From: Styela clava
Taxonomy: Eukaryota
Length of the DNA: 64,000 nucleotides
Assembly (NCBI RefSeq): GCF_964204865.1
Contig: NC_135256.1
Span: 11,842,001-11,906,000 of the forward strand
Reading direction: 5' to 3'
Positions 12,882 through 24,861 of the stretch are shown here, one piece after another. Under the pieces are notes generated by a model. It was not told where the DNA came from. It did no database searches and saw only the letters and a list, made by a program, of their open reading frames with translations. The position numbers and the translations under genes were made by a program. Every line of letters begins with the position of its first letter. The first letter of the stretch is position 1.

Positions 12882-13790
12882 ATGTGGAAATGGTCACTAC
12901 TCTTCGGGGCGTTGTTCGCCACCCAATTTTTAGCTTTCAGCGGCGTCGCTTTGGCAGCTGAGGATCAAGACGAGGTAGAGGATGAGGGAGCTGTAGATGA
13001 CGAAGAAGATCAGCTTGATGATGAAGGCCAAGTGGAAGACGATGAAGCAGAAGTGGAAGACGATGAAGGAGAGGTGGAGGAAGATTCTGAATCAACTGAA
13101 ACTGATGTAGAAAAAGAAGATGAAATAGAAACCCTAACTGCCCATCCTGACACTTCTACAGCCGTTATCTTTTCAACAGGCGAAGAAGTGGAATTGGTGG
13201 CCGGAAAAATGTTTACTTCATACATTCACTTTGCAAACACTGGTTCAAGAAATTTTATCATGACCAGCGTCACTGGATCATTCAGGTACCCTCAAGATTA
13301 TTCATACGTCATCCAAAATTTCACTTCGTTACCGCTGAACAAAATGATTGACGGAGGCAAAGAAGGTTCTTTTGTTTACCAATTCTTAGCCGCAGAAATG
13401 GCTTCGGGTCGTCCATTTGGCTTAGTATTGAGCCTGAACTACAAAGACACGGAAGATAAACAATATCAAGACACTGTGTACAACAAAACAGTAACGGTTC
13501 AAGAGAATGAAGAAGGTGTCGATGCCGAGACATTTTTTATGTATGTGACATTAGCTGCTCTTCTTGGACTTGCACTGTTTGGCATATATCATGTCGTTGG
13601 TTCGAAGAGTAAGAGAGTGAAACGAGTAACAACCTCCGCTCCTGTTGAAATGGGCACTGGGGATGGCAATGTCGACTACAGTTGGATACCGCAAGATACA
13701 TTGAAATCTATGAACAAGGGATCTCCATCTCCTCGCAGATCTCCGAGAAAACGCACTAGCAAAAGAGCACCTGCAAATGAAGCAGAATAA
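12882..13790 (+). CDS. SSR1: Translocon-associated protein alpha (signal sequence receptor 1), intronless, 302 aa
   Basis: Signal peptide, acidic N-terminus, conserved GSFRYPQDYSYVIQNFT and GRPFGLVLSLNYKD, TM helix FFMYVTLAALLGLALFGIY, and cytosolic VEMGT...VDYSWIP. The first ATG is at 12882; the ORF-track start is a TTG. Confidence 0.97.
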   Translation: MWKWSLLFGALFATQFLAFSGVALAAEDQDEVEDEGAVDDEEDQLDDEGQVEDDEAEVEDDEGEVEEDSESTETDVEKEDEIETLTAHPDTSTAVIFSTGEEVELVAGKMFTSYIHFANTGSRNFIMTSVTGSFRYPQDYSYVIQNFTSLPLNKMIDGGKEGSFVYQFLAAEMASGRPFGLVLSLNYKDTEDKQYQDTVYNKTVTVQENEEGVDAETFFMYVTLAALLGLALFGIYHVVGSKSKRVKRVTTSAPVEMGTGDGNVDYSWIPQDTLKSMNKGSPSPRRSPRKRTSKRAPANEAE

Positions 13791-15528
13791 TTGAGATATC
13801 TTTATATAAACAATGAAAAAATAAAACTTGGGGAGTTGCTTGATAATGATCTAGCAATTTTCGCAATGGAAACAAATGTACTAACTTTTGATGAAATAAC
13901 TGAAAAGGAAAGAAATTTTTAATAATGGGGCCTTATCTTATTTGCAATGAAGCGATACGTTATGAAGCACAATTAAACATTTTTCTATAGTCCACACATT
14001 CGAAAATGTTGCCTATTGCCAGTCATGATTAGTTTTTTTTTCGTTTTGAACTTGAAATTTGAATGGCTTTTTATTATCCAAGTTTTAGATATAAAAAAGC
14101 TAGTTTAAAAATATATGTTTGCCAAATTCATTTTGAAGAATTTTAACTTATTCAAAGCTTGTAAAATAAGTATTGCAAAAATGAACCTATGAATTGCCAT
14201 ATTTATATCTAGTATTTGGCCGATGACACCTTTTTTTCCAAACATTATTGGGGACTTTAACTGGAACAAATTGATTGGAACTATCTATGAGGCATAATTT
14301 GCTGTAATATTCTCTAATTTATATGGAGTGCAAATATGCATGTGCAATGAAATATCAGTTGAATTTATCCTAAATCTGAAGCCTTCTAGTAATATTAAAG
14401 CAGTGTGAAAATGATGCATGTTTCTAGATTTATTCAAGCCTCTTACTTATTTTTGACAATGGCTTTAAATCCTTGGGTGGCTTAATAAGTAAAAATTCCA
14501 TCATAGCATAGTTTAGATGAAGCTTATGTACCGTAATTTTTCTGTGACCTCTGACTTCGCTCTGTTGTAATATTATTCATGGACAAAATATTGAAGTTTC
14601 ATAAAATAGAATTTATTAAATTTTTTCGCCAAGTTTTCCCATCATTGTTAAGCATAGATAATTATTGGCAAATTGACATTTTTAGCGAATGGCATGCTAT
14701 TCTTTGTTATAATATATTAGAATTTATTTGGTTTTTGTCTTATATGAAAAAAAAATATAGAAATATATAATGCCCGACACTGAATGAATACAATAGTGGT
14801 CAGTCATATACTTTTAGTGTAGATGCTCATCAACAATTGAACAATGACAGTTAATTGCTTTTCAGTGTAATTTTTCATAATTTTTTGTGAATTATTGATA
14901 ATCTTTTCAATTAGGTGAATGAAGCTGGTGTACTGCATTATTTTATAATTACGGTTAGGACGTGTTTCTAATTATTGAATATTTGCTAAAGTTTATTACA
15001 ATTCTCATAGCAATGACCTTGGTTGTATTTCAATGATTTCTTATTCAATGTGGTGTAAATTAGTCGTTAGAAGTTTGTGAAGCACATATAATATTGTTGC
15101 ATACATTATCATTTCAAATTTCCAATTGGCCACTTATGCAGCGAATTACCGTACTATTCATTTTGGGTATTGCTTTTGTGATATTTGATGCAAATGGTAA
15201 TCTTGCTGCACAAACTATTTATTGAAAATGTCAATTTTGTTTATTTGTCTCGAAAGTTATACAAACCACTGATTATATTCTGTTTGAATTTGGTTGTAAA
15301 TCATTGATATCCCTAGACAAATTTCAATTTAATCATAGTAATTGCATTTTTTCTTTGGGTTCATGAAAACTTTATTTCTCGATTCTATGTATTATCTGAT
15401 GATTTGTCAATGCTATGTTTGCTCGGAAATAATATGGTTTCGATTTATTTGAATGATTTATCATGACTGCTTTCCTTGTTTCCAGATTCTTTTATACGTA
15501 TGGTCCAAACAAAATATTCAAATAATAA

Positions 15529-15921
15529 ATGGCAAATAATTTAATAAAAGTTATTGTTGCTGGAGTGCAAGTTGTTGGAAGAGCGTTCACGAGGGCAATA
15601 AGGAAAGAATTTGCCGCTAGTCAGCAGGCAGCTGAAAAGGCAGGAGGGGGTGAAAAAGGGACTAAATCCGCTGTCGCGACGGGATTCCATGGAATATCAT
15701 TAGACGAAGCGAAAAAAATATTAAACATTGACAATATACAGGACTCTGAAAATGTTATAAAAAGTTATGACCATTTGATGAAAGTGAACGATAAATCAGA
15801 GGGTGGTTCTTTTTATCTTCAATCTAAAGTATTTCGGGCAAAAGAACGGATAGATGCTGAACTTGGCCATGAAAATGAAACTAAATCTGAACCAAAATCA
15901 GACTCTGAAACAAAAACGTGA
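15529..15921 (+). CDS. PAM16: Mitochondrial import motor subunit Pam16/Tim16 (Magmas), intronless CDS, 130 aa
   Basis: GVQVVGRAFTRAIRKEF, GISLDEAKKILNI and VNDKSEGGSFYLQSKVFRAKERID match the Pam16 J-like domain. A splice acceptor TTTCCTTGTTTCCAG ends at 15485. Confidence 0.97.
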   Translation: MANNLIKVIVAGVQVVGRAFTRAIRKEFAASQQAAEKAGGGEKGTKSAVATGFHGISLDEAKKILNIDNIQDSENVIKSYDHLMKVNDKSEGGSFYLQSKVFRAKERIDAELGHENETKSEPKSDSETKT

Positions 15922-16352
15922 CAGCACTACATAAAGTTTGATTTTCTACATTTTGTGTTTTGTTATTTATACGCCATACCACATTTAGTTTGATAACTAT
16001 ATGGCCATGCATAATTACTAATTTGTTATTGGGGCACATGTTCTTGTCTGCTAAGTAAGAGTAGTAGCGGAGATGAGCTTTCATTTGTCATCTATTCAAT
16101 GAGCGACTGCATTATGCTTCATGATTAAATTGCCATTTGTTATTTCCTTCTGTCGATTTTGAAACAAACTAACAATCACTAGATACAATAACTCAATTAT
16201 TTGTTGTTAGCATGTAATTTTTGTGTTTTCATTTTTTGAAAGGATTGCCATTGGTATTACACTAGTATTGTGTGCTATTTGTGAATATCTGTGCCTGATT
16301 TTTTAACTCTCCCTTCTTGTCATATAAACCTTTCATAGTTTTTCTTGATACA

Positions 16353-19300
16353 ATGGATACTTCAACCGACCAAGATCAGGAAAATAGTATAAAATTCATT
16401 CGAAAACTCAGGAAAAAACTTCGTCAAATTGAACGATTAGAAAAGACGCAGAGAGAACTGACTGATGAGGAAAAAATTAAGGTGCAATTTTTGGTTCATT
16501 TTGAAATATGTCTTTGTTGCTTATTCAGAAAACAAGAAGCAGGTGTAAATTGTGCAGTATGTACAATTCTGTTCATATTGGAACTCATATCTGTTAGTAA
16601 TTCTATTTTGTAGATGAAAAATTAAAAATAGTCATTTATAAATGTATGCTTGTAAGTCTTAATAAATAACAAATTGTATAAATGAAGGCATTAGATAATA
16701 TAAAACAAAGCTGTAACTTAACAACAATTTTTTTCTGAAAAAAATTCAATTACAGTTTATAATTTTATTGAGATGTCCAGGAATCGTAATCAGATAAGAA
16801 CAGTAGCCTACTATTTAGCTATCCTATGCTCACAAGGCACAATGATTGTTGCCACTCAATTTACCCTCATAAATATAATTTATTTAGAGTCTATAATTTT
16901 ATTACAAGCAATCAGTGCTGTGATATCAATTGTGTTTCCGTCTTTGGCGTACTGTTATACCAATCTTTCATTCAAGCCTTTATGCATTGACAACTTCTTA
17001 ATGTGTTAAAGAAATTCCTAAATTTGGGACATAAAAAGTTTTATTTTTTTGTTGTTGTTCAATTCAGCTCTCTTGCAAGCATGACATAAGATCTAAGCTT
17101 CAACTGATTCTTTCAACAATAAATGAACTGAATATATCATTCGAATCAAATAATCACGAGAATGAAGATGAAGATGATCATGATGTGATAATCAATCATG
17201 AAAAGGATGAACCTCAACCTGAGGTTAAAAGGTTAGCTTTTGAATCTAATACATCACTAATCCTTACTCATATGCTGTTCCCTTTTAGATGACTATTCAC
17301 ATATAAGAAATCATATGGCCAACAACGGCCTCCCGTCCGGTTCCCAGTCCATGTCGTGTGCGAGATTAGTTGGCTATTTATTTTTTTCCGATGCATTGAC
17401 TTGATGGTGGAGGAAGCCGTACCTACAGCAAGGAGAAGTTCAGCAATCCTCTCACACATAATTATACCCTACAGCAGGGCTACTCAACTATTTTTGCTAA
17501 AGGTTCATATACAAAACTTGAAAATTCCTGGGGTCCGGTCTGGCCAGAAAATGTTTTAATACTGTCCAAACTAAGTTTTAGTGACTCTATCTTCTCAGTT
17601 TGAAAGTTGAGAAAATTGTGGAAAACTGAGTGGTCGCAAAATTTTTCCCCCTTTTTTACTTATCTAAAGTTAAATGGAGACAATCCTCAAAAAAAAAATC
17701 ACACACGTTCCGAATCGAATACTTGAAAGGTTCAGATTCGGACCGCGGTCCGCCATGCCTTGCCCTACAAGATTTGAACCGTGATCATGGGTGCGGAGGC
17801 AAGCGTGTGCCACACCGCCAAGCCACTGGATACTACTCTCTCAAATTGAATGAAATTAAATGACGTATTTTGTATCTTCTGAAAGTCATTGTACAGATCA
17901 GAAACCTCAAAAGGAGTTTAAGGAGTATTGCCATCATACACACAGGATCTTGCAAACTTTCATGTGCAATTGTTCAGTAATCAGTGAAAATCATCAACAG
18001 ATTCAAAACTGTAATAGTGCTTTATTTTGTCTATAACATGTTTGTTTCGTGGATCCACTATAGACAGTATTAATGTATTATATTAAGAATATAATATTTG
18101 TAATTCATGAGAATTTCATATGTTTTACACATTTTCATTACATATTTAAGAATAGAAATGAGTTTTATATTCCATTCTCGACACAACTTTTCGTGTCAGT
18201 CAGTCCATCTGATGAAAACACATCCTGATTGTAACTAGTTAAAAAAATCCTTATTATTTTTATGGGTTAGCTCAGTGGTCGGCAACCACCGAACCGCGGT
18301 CCATCACCGGCCCGCGGTCCATCACCGGCCCGCGGTCCATCTCCGGTCCACAGAAAGATGACACAAAAACGAACAATGTCCCAATAACACCTCTAAAACC
18401 ATCTAACAACCACAGACCCCATGATTGGAATTTTCAAGTGATAGTGATTTGAAAAGCGTATTTGCGATATATACCCTGATAGTCTTTTTGTCAATACTCT
18501 TTGATACCCAAAGATTGCAAGTAAGGCTTTACAAGCATTGTTACCTTTTTTATCTTGAGTTTTCAATATTGACAACTACGAAAACAAAATACTGAAGTAG
18601 GATGGACGTAAGAAACGCATTATCTGTATCATTGTCGACCATATCTCCAAATTGGAAACAGTTAATAGCCAGTTAACAAATGCGTATCTCACAATGAATA
18701 GCATTATCATTGTTTTCAAAGATATTTTCAATATAAATTGTCTAACGCATCTAATTTACTACATAAGCTTAGTTCGTTTCTGTTCGTTCGTGCTAAAATT
18801 TTGGTCAGGCTCCACGGCCAGTCACTTGAAAAAGGTTGCCGACCACCTGGTTAGCTTACATTTATCATTGTACATATCTAACCATCTAATCCAGGCATGC
18901 AATTTTTAGGTGTGGTGAACTGGTGACGAAATTTTATTTTTTGCCATATTGAAAAATAAGTTGTTATAAATTAATTTCAGTGTTAGTCAACCAATAATCA
19001 GTGTTGACAATGAAAAATCAGAAAAAGTGATATTGGAAGAAGCAGCACCTCCAGAACAAAATAAAAATGAAGCAAAGGTAGAAAAGGAAAGCTTTGATAA
19101 GGGAAAAAAAGGTTACTACTAATATATATTGCTGGAATTGAAAATTTATTTACAAGTAGCCAGTACTTTTATTTATCCATTTGCTGAAAAAATCATTGGA
19201 TGCTGTGGAATCATTTTATAATGCTTGAATATATGGGGCAAAATTTTTTACCCATTTGTAATGAATGTAGTTGATTTCGCTTATCTTTCTAAACTATTTC

Positions 19301-22300
19301 ATGCGTTCCAGATCTCCATATAATTTTGTTTTGGGGAAATATGAAACTGATAGATTTAGAATCAAATTTGAAAAATTTTGTAGCTTGGCTATATAACAAG
19401 ATAAGTTACTCAGGTATATTTTTTGTTAAGTTCTATTAAGGAAAATTATTCTTTCCAAGTCTGAGTGAATTTCTAATCCATATAGGGCTACAGTTTTTGA
19501 ATTCGTACATCCACACCTTCAAGAATTTCAGAAATAGGAGTCACACAACATATCGCTCTATTAATAAAAACCAACTCTTATAGATGTAATTTTTGTCAAT
19601 TTCTAGTTCAAAATGTGAGATCTTGTCTAAGAAGATTCTGGAGGAACTCGACATTTGAAGTAACAGAGTTGAAAGGTCATAATGACTCAGTAAATTGTGT
19701 TGACGCAATGGATAACTGGATTGTAAGTGGTAGGTAAGTGAACTTCCTATAATTTTTTTTAATTTCGTGGTAATAATTTGGTTCCTTCCATAATCTTTTC
19801 CCAGATAAAAAAATGGAATGTTTATAAGTTTCTAAATATTTTTTCGTTTGATATTATTACGGTACCTTCGTTTTTTCAGTCGTGATACATCATTGAAATT
19901 ATGGGATTCAACTTCAGGAAAAATATTAAGAAGTATGGGAGGTCATACTGGGCAAGTTACTGCTGTCAAAATACTCACAATTCACGAAACAGATGAGCTT
20001 CGTAAGTACCCTGTGCAAAATATAGAAATTGTGTAGTACGTCACTCCTAGAGACCGATGAGACCAGTGATCTTGTGATGCAGTATTTCAACCTGCACACC
20101 GACACAGGCAAATTAGGCATTGATAAAATGTAATTCACTGACTTAAATAACTCTACTCATTAAGAAATGCTCGAGATTTTAAAAATCTAATATTATACCG
20201 TATCGTTCTATCTTCTATCTAAATTTTTTCTTTTAGAATTGATTTAATTTCCACTTAAAGTGAGGTAGTTTTTTTACTTCTCTTTGATTTAGGGCTATAG
20301 TTTGCATAGAAAGGAAATGAACTTCAAATTAATCTTCTTTTGACTTTGATTGAGTCGGTGTGTGATGGCTGAAATAGTCCAGCGGTTATTAAACTTTTAT
20401 ACTCCATGATCCATCTTATAAAAATGTCTAGTTTTTCTTTCAACACGATCCCATCAGTCATTTTATACACCATGTTTAATGAGAAGTAAGCAATAGCAAA
20501 AGAATATGTCCATTTTACAGTCACCTAATTAAACAAATATAAGGCAAACCTTTGCTCGTGGCCCCCAAAGAACCGCTTTGTGTATGAGAATGAGCTTGAG
20601 GGCTGAATTTGAGAAACTCTAACCTAGACTTAACCTAGACTGATTTGATATGTTTAACCCATGTTGTCATTGAAAATAAAGCATTTGATAAGTTGGCAGT
20701 ATGCCATTAGTCACAAGCACTGGGATTTAATATTTATCGCGAGGAAGAAGAAAGTACATAAGACGGCTTAATCATATGGCTTACCAGGGCCTCTCGTCAG
20801 GTTACCTGTCCATGTTGGGTATGGGATTAGTTAAGGAGTTCATTTTCATGTGTATGGACTACTTGAGTTTATTCTATGATGTAGTATGTGTTCTACAAAA
20901 TATGACGGATTCTTTTTATCTCACATTCAGGAAGAAGCATTGATCGATCAACAATAGAAATATTTGCTGATATCGATGAAAAACAGAGTAAAGATGAAAA
21001 GATAGTTATCAGTGGATCAACTGATTGCTCGATTCGATTATGGCTTCTTCCACAAGGATTATTTATTAAATCAATTTATAACTACAATCCTGTTTCTACA
21101 ATTCTATATATGCCAGAAAAAAATTGCGTAGTTGTAGGTATATAATTATGTTTATACTAATAGTAGTGACAAGGCTTACCTAGATATTAATAAGAATCAA
21201 CAGATATTGGTAGTACAGTATTGTGATGGGATAAAATGCAATAAAATAAATGAGACACTCATCAGTGAATTTGAATATGTGGCAATATAGAATACTTTCA
21301 AAATATGTGACATACACTGTTATAATCTGTACTTATAGCCTCACATTGGTTACTGTCAAGGGGGCCTATAACTGTATAAATAATAAATTAGCTGCTTATG
21401 CTTTTGTCTGCCTTTTTAATGTTCAGGACTGTAAATCTTTTTTGTCTTGCTTGGGCTGCATCTTGTATTCTTGTGGGAGTTTAAACATTTACCCTTGAAT
21501 AAATGACATGCTTTTATGATAGGATCATCCAGTGGAAACCTGACTGTCTACAATATTTGTTCGAACTTACAAGTTTATTCTTCAACAATTCATAAAAATC
21601 GAATCACTAAAATAAAGGTATGGTATGTTATGTTTTTTACATGACGAAAATAAACGTCATTTTGGTTGTGTTCTGAATTTTTTCCCCCAGGTTTCTTTCT
21701 ACTATGTCAGTAAAACTTGTTTTGCCTTTTTCTATTTTCTCCTACAAGTTGTTGGATATTCAGAAATTATTTTTCCACTCGGTTCCATTTCAGTTCGACA
21801 TTGCCTACCTAATTTATTACACCTCGTTCGAAACATGGGATTCGAACCCGAAGGAGGGATGAGTGATCACGTAATTGAGATAATATATTGTTTATTTTTA
21901 TGGAACTATAATTATGAGAATTTTTATTTTCAAATTTTGCCTTCGTTTCCAATTAGAAAAAGGGTGCATTCATACTTATTTATACATATAATTTCAGTGT
22001 AATGGCAATCACCTGTTCACATCTTGTGATGATGGAAGTTTGAAAGTCTGGAAAATTGAAGTGGTAGATGCAGAGCCTACACAGACAAAACGGTCGAAAT
22101 TTGATGATCTGGACTTCAATATAAAATCTGATGAATTTGACATCACTTTGAAATATTCATTCGATAATCATGATTCCTATATTTGTGATAGATCTATTCA
22201 TTCTTTCCTAGTTCATGACAATTTGCTTTATTTCGGAGATGATGGTTCTAATATTAAAGTTTGGAATCCAAGATCAGGTAATAAATCATTAAAAGTAGGC

Positions 22301-24303
22301 GGTACATACCGATCTATACTACACATAGGCATCGAGAAAGAGGCAGTAGTTAGAAACATGCTACTCCGGTTACTAAAAATATTTTTATAATGTAGGATTT
22401 GACAAAGCATTAGCAAATTATGTTATGAAGAAACAGAAGGAACCCACCAATGTTATTTATCTTCTCATTTGCGTAATCATTTATCATATTGTATTCAATT
22501 AGACATTTATTATATAATTATATCCATTTTTATATTCACACTTCACAGCACAGGGTTTCAAAAATGTTCTGCTGTACTTGTCACTCTTGTTCGGCTAAAG
22601 TACTACCTGAGGACATAAATTGAATCTGACTTCATAAGCTTTCATGATCATGGTCTTCTTCCAAAGACTCTCAGCATTTGTGGTCTCCTGCTCTTTTATA
22701 AAATACCTGCCGAGTTTTTTGAAACCCAGCGTTAAGCATTTGCCATACAATAGGCAACTACTCCAATTCAGAACAGTGGGGCAGGGCATACATTTTTGAG
22801 ATACCGTTCACAACATTGATATTTGAAATGTTATGTTTCCTTTTTGTGGCAATTGAGGTAGTGGATGGCAGCACTAAATGAAAATCAGAATCTATTTTTA
22901 GATTTAAGTCTGGAAGTATTTTCATGATTTTTACCCTTATCCTTTTTTAAATTTTGCATCAATTTAGATGTTCTGTCGAAACTTCGAAATCACAAAACAA
23001 ATGTTCCTGGTATTACAGATGCTATTTGTGTATTGAATAACGATGTATTAATATCTACCAGTTATGATCTAGATTCTGGACATGGATCATTGAATAGTAA
23101 GAAGTTTCTTTCTATCTTGTCTTCATGTTGTGAAATTATCATTTGAATAAAAACTGTATTGTTACATCTGAAACTCTATGCTTATAATATGATGGCTTGG
23201 GTTTTCATATTTATCGCTTGAGAGAGCCACCAATGAAACAACTTGGTATACCATGGCCTTTTGTTCGGTTACCATATTGGGTATTGGAATAGACATCCTG
23301 TTATTTGTTCCCAATTTATGGACCTGATGCTGGAGTAAACCAGTGCCGCCAGCCCGAGGGTTGTGTAACTTGACCCACAATGACAATGAGTCCAGCAATA
23401 TGGTCGTACACAAATTCACCACATGATTTTAATTTGCGAACATATGCAGGGTAATCTGACATACAATGGCAAGCGTGTCCAAATGCTTAGTACGGTGAGG
23501 CAACTGCCAATGTGGTACAAATTCATTTGTAAAAGTTTTCTAGAACATGTTTCTTATTATTTTTAGTTCGTTCCTTACATCCTGAATGCAATGGGGCTTA
23601 CATTGGATCTTTCAATCATGAAAACATTGCACGATTGTCTACGTTCATCTCAAATTTTACTGGTGATATCAAATACCTTGTCACAGGAGGTGAAAAATTA
23701 TTACTCTGGAAGTTCTATGAACCTGGAAAGTGAGTATTAGGATGTGTAGTAATTGCTTTCATAGCAACATCTAGGATTACTGACCATCTTAATGTCCATG
23801 TAAGCATTTTGTGTGGATCTCAGCAGATTCTATTCATGTTCCAGGGTTGGCTGGAAAGTTTCCCTGCAACACAACACCTTACATAATCTGATTGAAACAA
23901 TTTCGAATTCGTCAAATTTGACAATTCTCTGAACGCATACGATTCATTACAGGGTGTTTTCATGTTGATAAATTGCGTCCATGCTATAATTTTTAGGCAA
24001 TTGGAAAGTGTTGGCAGTGATGAAAATGCATCTTCTATAAAAATCCGCGGACAAAATATTACAGAATTGACAAAACCAGCAACAGATTCAGATGTTCTGT
24101 CTGAAGACGAGAGCAGTGGTGGAGAAGATGAAGGAAAATGGTTCTGGCAATGGTCTAAACCCAAAACAGACAAGTCTAGGAAATTGAGTGACAGTAATCA
24201 AAGTGATACACACTCAGAAAGTGATGCTTCAAGACATTGGAAAGATGAAACAACAATGAATGTTAGCTCGTATTCATTTTGGGACTGGTGCTCTGTTGTT
24301 TGA
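16353..24303 (+). CDS. WD40-repeat protein (FBXW7/beta-TrCP-like propeller, no F-box), 11 exons, 617 aa, ending in CSVV
   Basis: Exons 16353-16481, 17068-17231, 18981-19111, 19607-19733, 19880-20001, 20931-21137, 21523-21617, 21998-22277, 22968-23096, 23567-23729 and 23997-24303. All are GT-AG and phase-consistent (1854 nt). WD motifs: LKGHNDSVNC..IVSGSRDTSLKLWD, GGHTGQVTAV, VISGSTDCSIRLW, TSCDDGSLKVW, GDDGSNIKVW. Confidence 0.88.
17295..17469 (-). mobile_element. SINE-like interspersed repeat fragment (intronic)
   Basis: The reverse complement matches 41676-41910 (GATAATTATGTG...ACGGCTTCCTCCACCATCAAGTC...CCGGACG). Confidence 0.7.
18273..18848. mobile_element. hAT-type MITE in WD40 intron 2
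   Basis: TIR CAGTGGTCGGCAACC / GGTTGCCGACCAC, 8-bp TSD GGTTAGCT (18265-18272 and 18849-18856), and internal tandem CCGCGGTCCATCACCGGC repeats. Confidence 0.85.
20730..20835 (-). mobile_element. SINE-like repeat 3' fragment (intronic)
   Basis: The reverse complement resembles the 3' half of 41800-41910. Confidence 0.55.
23195..23510 (-). mobile_element. Degenerate SINE-like copy (intronic)
   Basis: Diverged similarity to the same family (ATATTTATC..., CGGTTACCA, TTATTTGTT, GGAC.TGATG.TGGAG). Confidence 0.4.
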
Positions 24304-24861
24304 AGAAGTTTTGTGAACAAATGACTTCACCGAGTAGTGGTTATTCTCTTTCATATATCGATGTTGTTGATTGTTGCTATTTGACTGCAATAAAAATTTA
24401 TCTTTTTTTAGTATCAAAATCAAAACTATCTTTGAACTTTTTGAACACTCGGAAAGATGTTTTTGGATTTATACTGCCATCAGTAATGAATCTTATTTAA
24501 TCATAATTAAGCTATCAATTTGTTGCAAACATATATAAACATACAGGGCTCAAATTTTTTATTATTTTGTTTTTTGTCTTAATCCTTTATTTTCAAAAAT
24601 CTTCATTTATGTTAAATTTATGATGGGTATTAAATTTGACAAAAGCATGAATTGGTGGCATTTCTCCCACTGTGGCATCACATATTTTCGTTACCTATCA
24701 CTGAGCCATCGTTATTCTTGTAATTTTGTACATGGTTTTTGATATGAGAGCTTATATACGAGTGTAAAACCATTTCTATCTATGATACTGAAGTTTGACA
24801 ATTACACTATTACATCTCCTCTATGGTGACATTCAAAATAGTTTGTGAAATTAATTTTCTT

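Noticed and set aside
17474-17768. Second hAT MITE in WD40 intron 2
   Set aside because: It shares the GGACCGCGGTCC motif with the 18273 element, but the termini match poorly and no TSD was found.
21830-21860. B-box-like GGTTCGAATCCC on the minus strand (also 5246-5254 on plus)
   Set aside because: An isolated motif with no tRNA structure; at most a SINE-head remnant.
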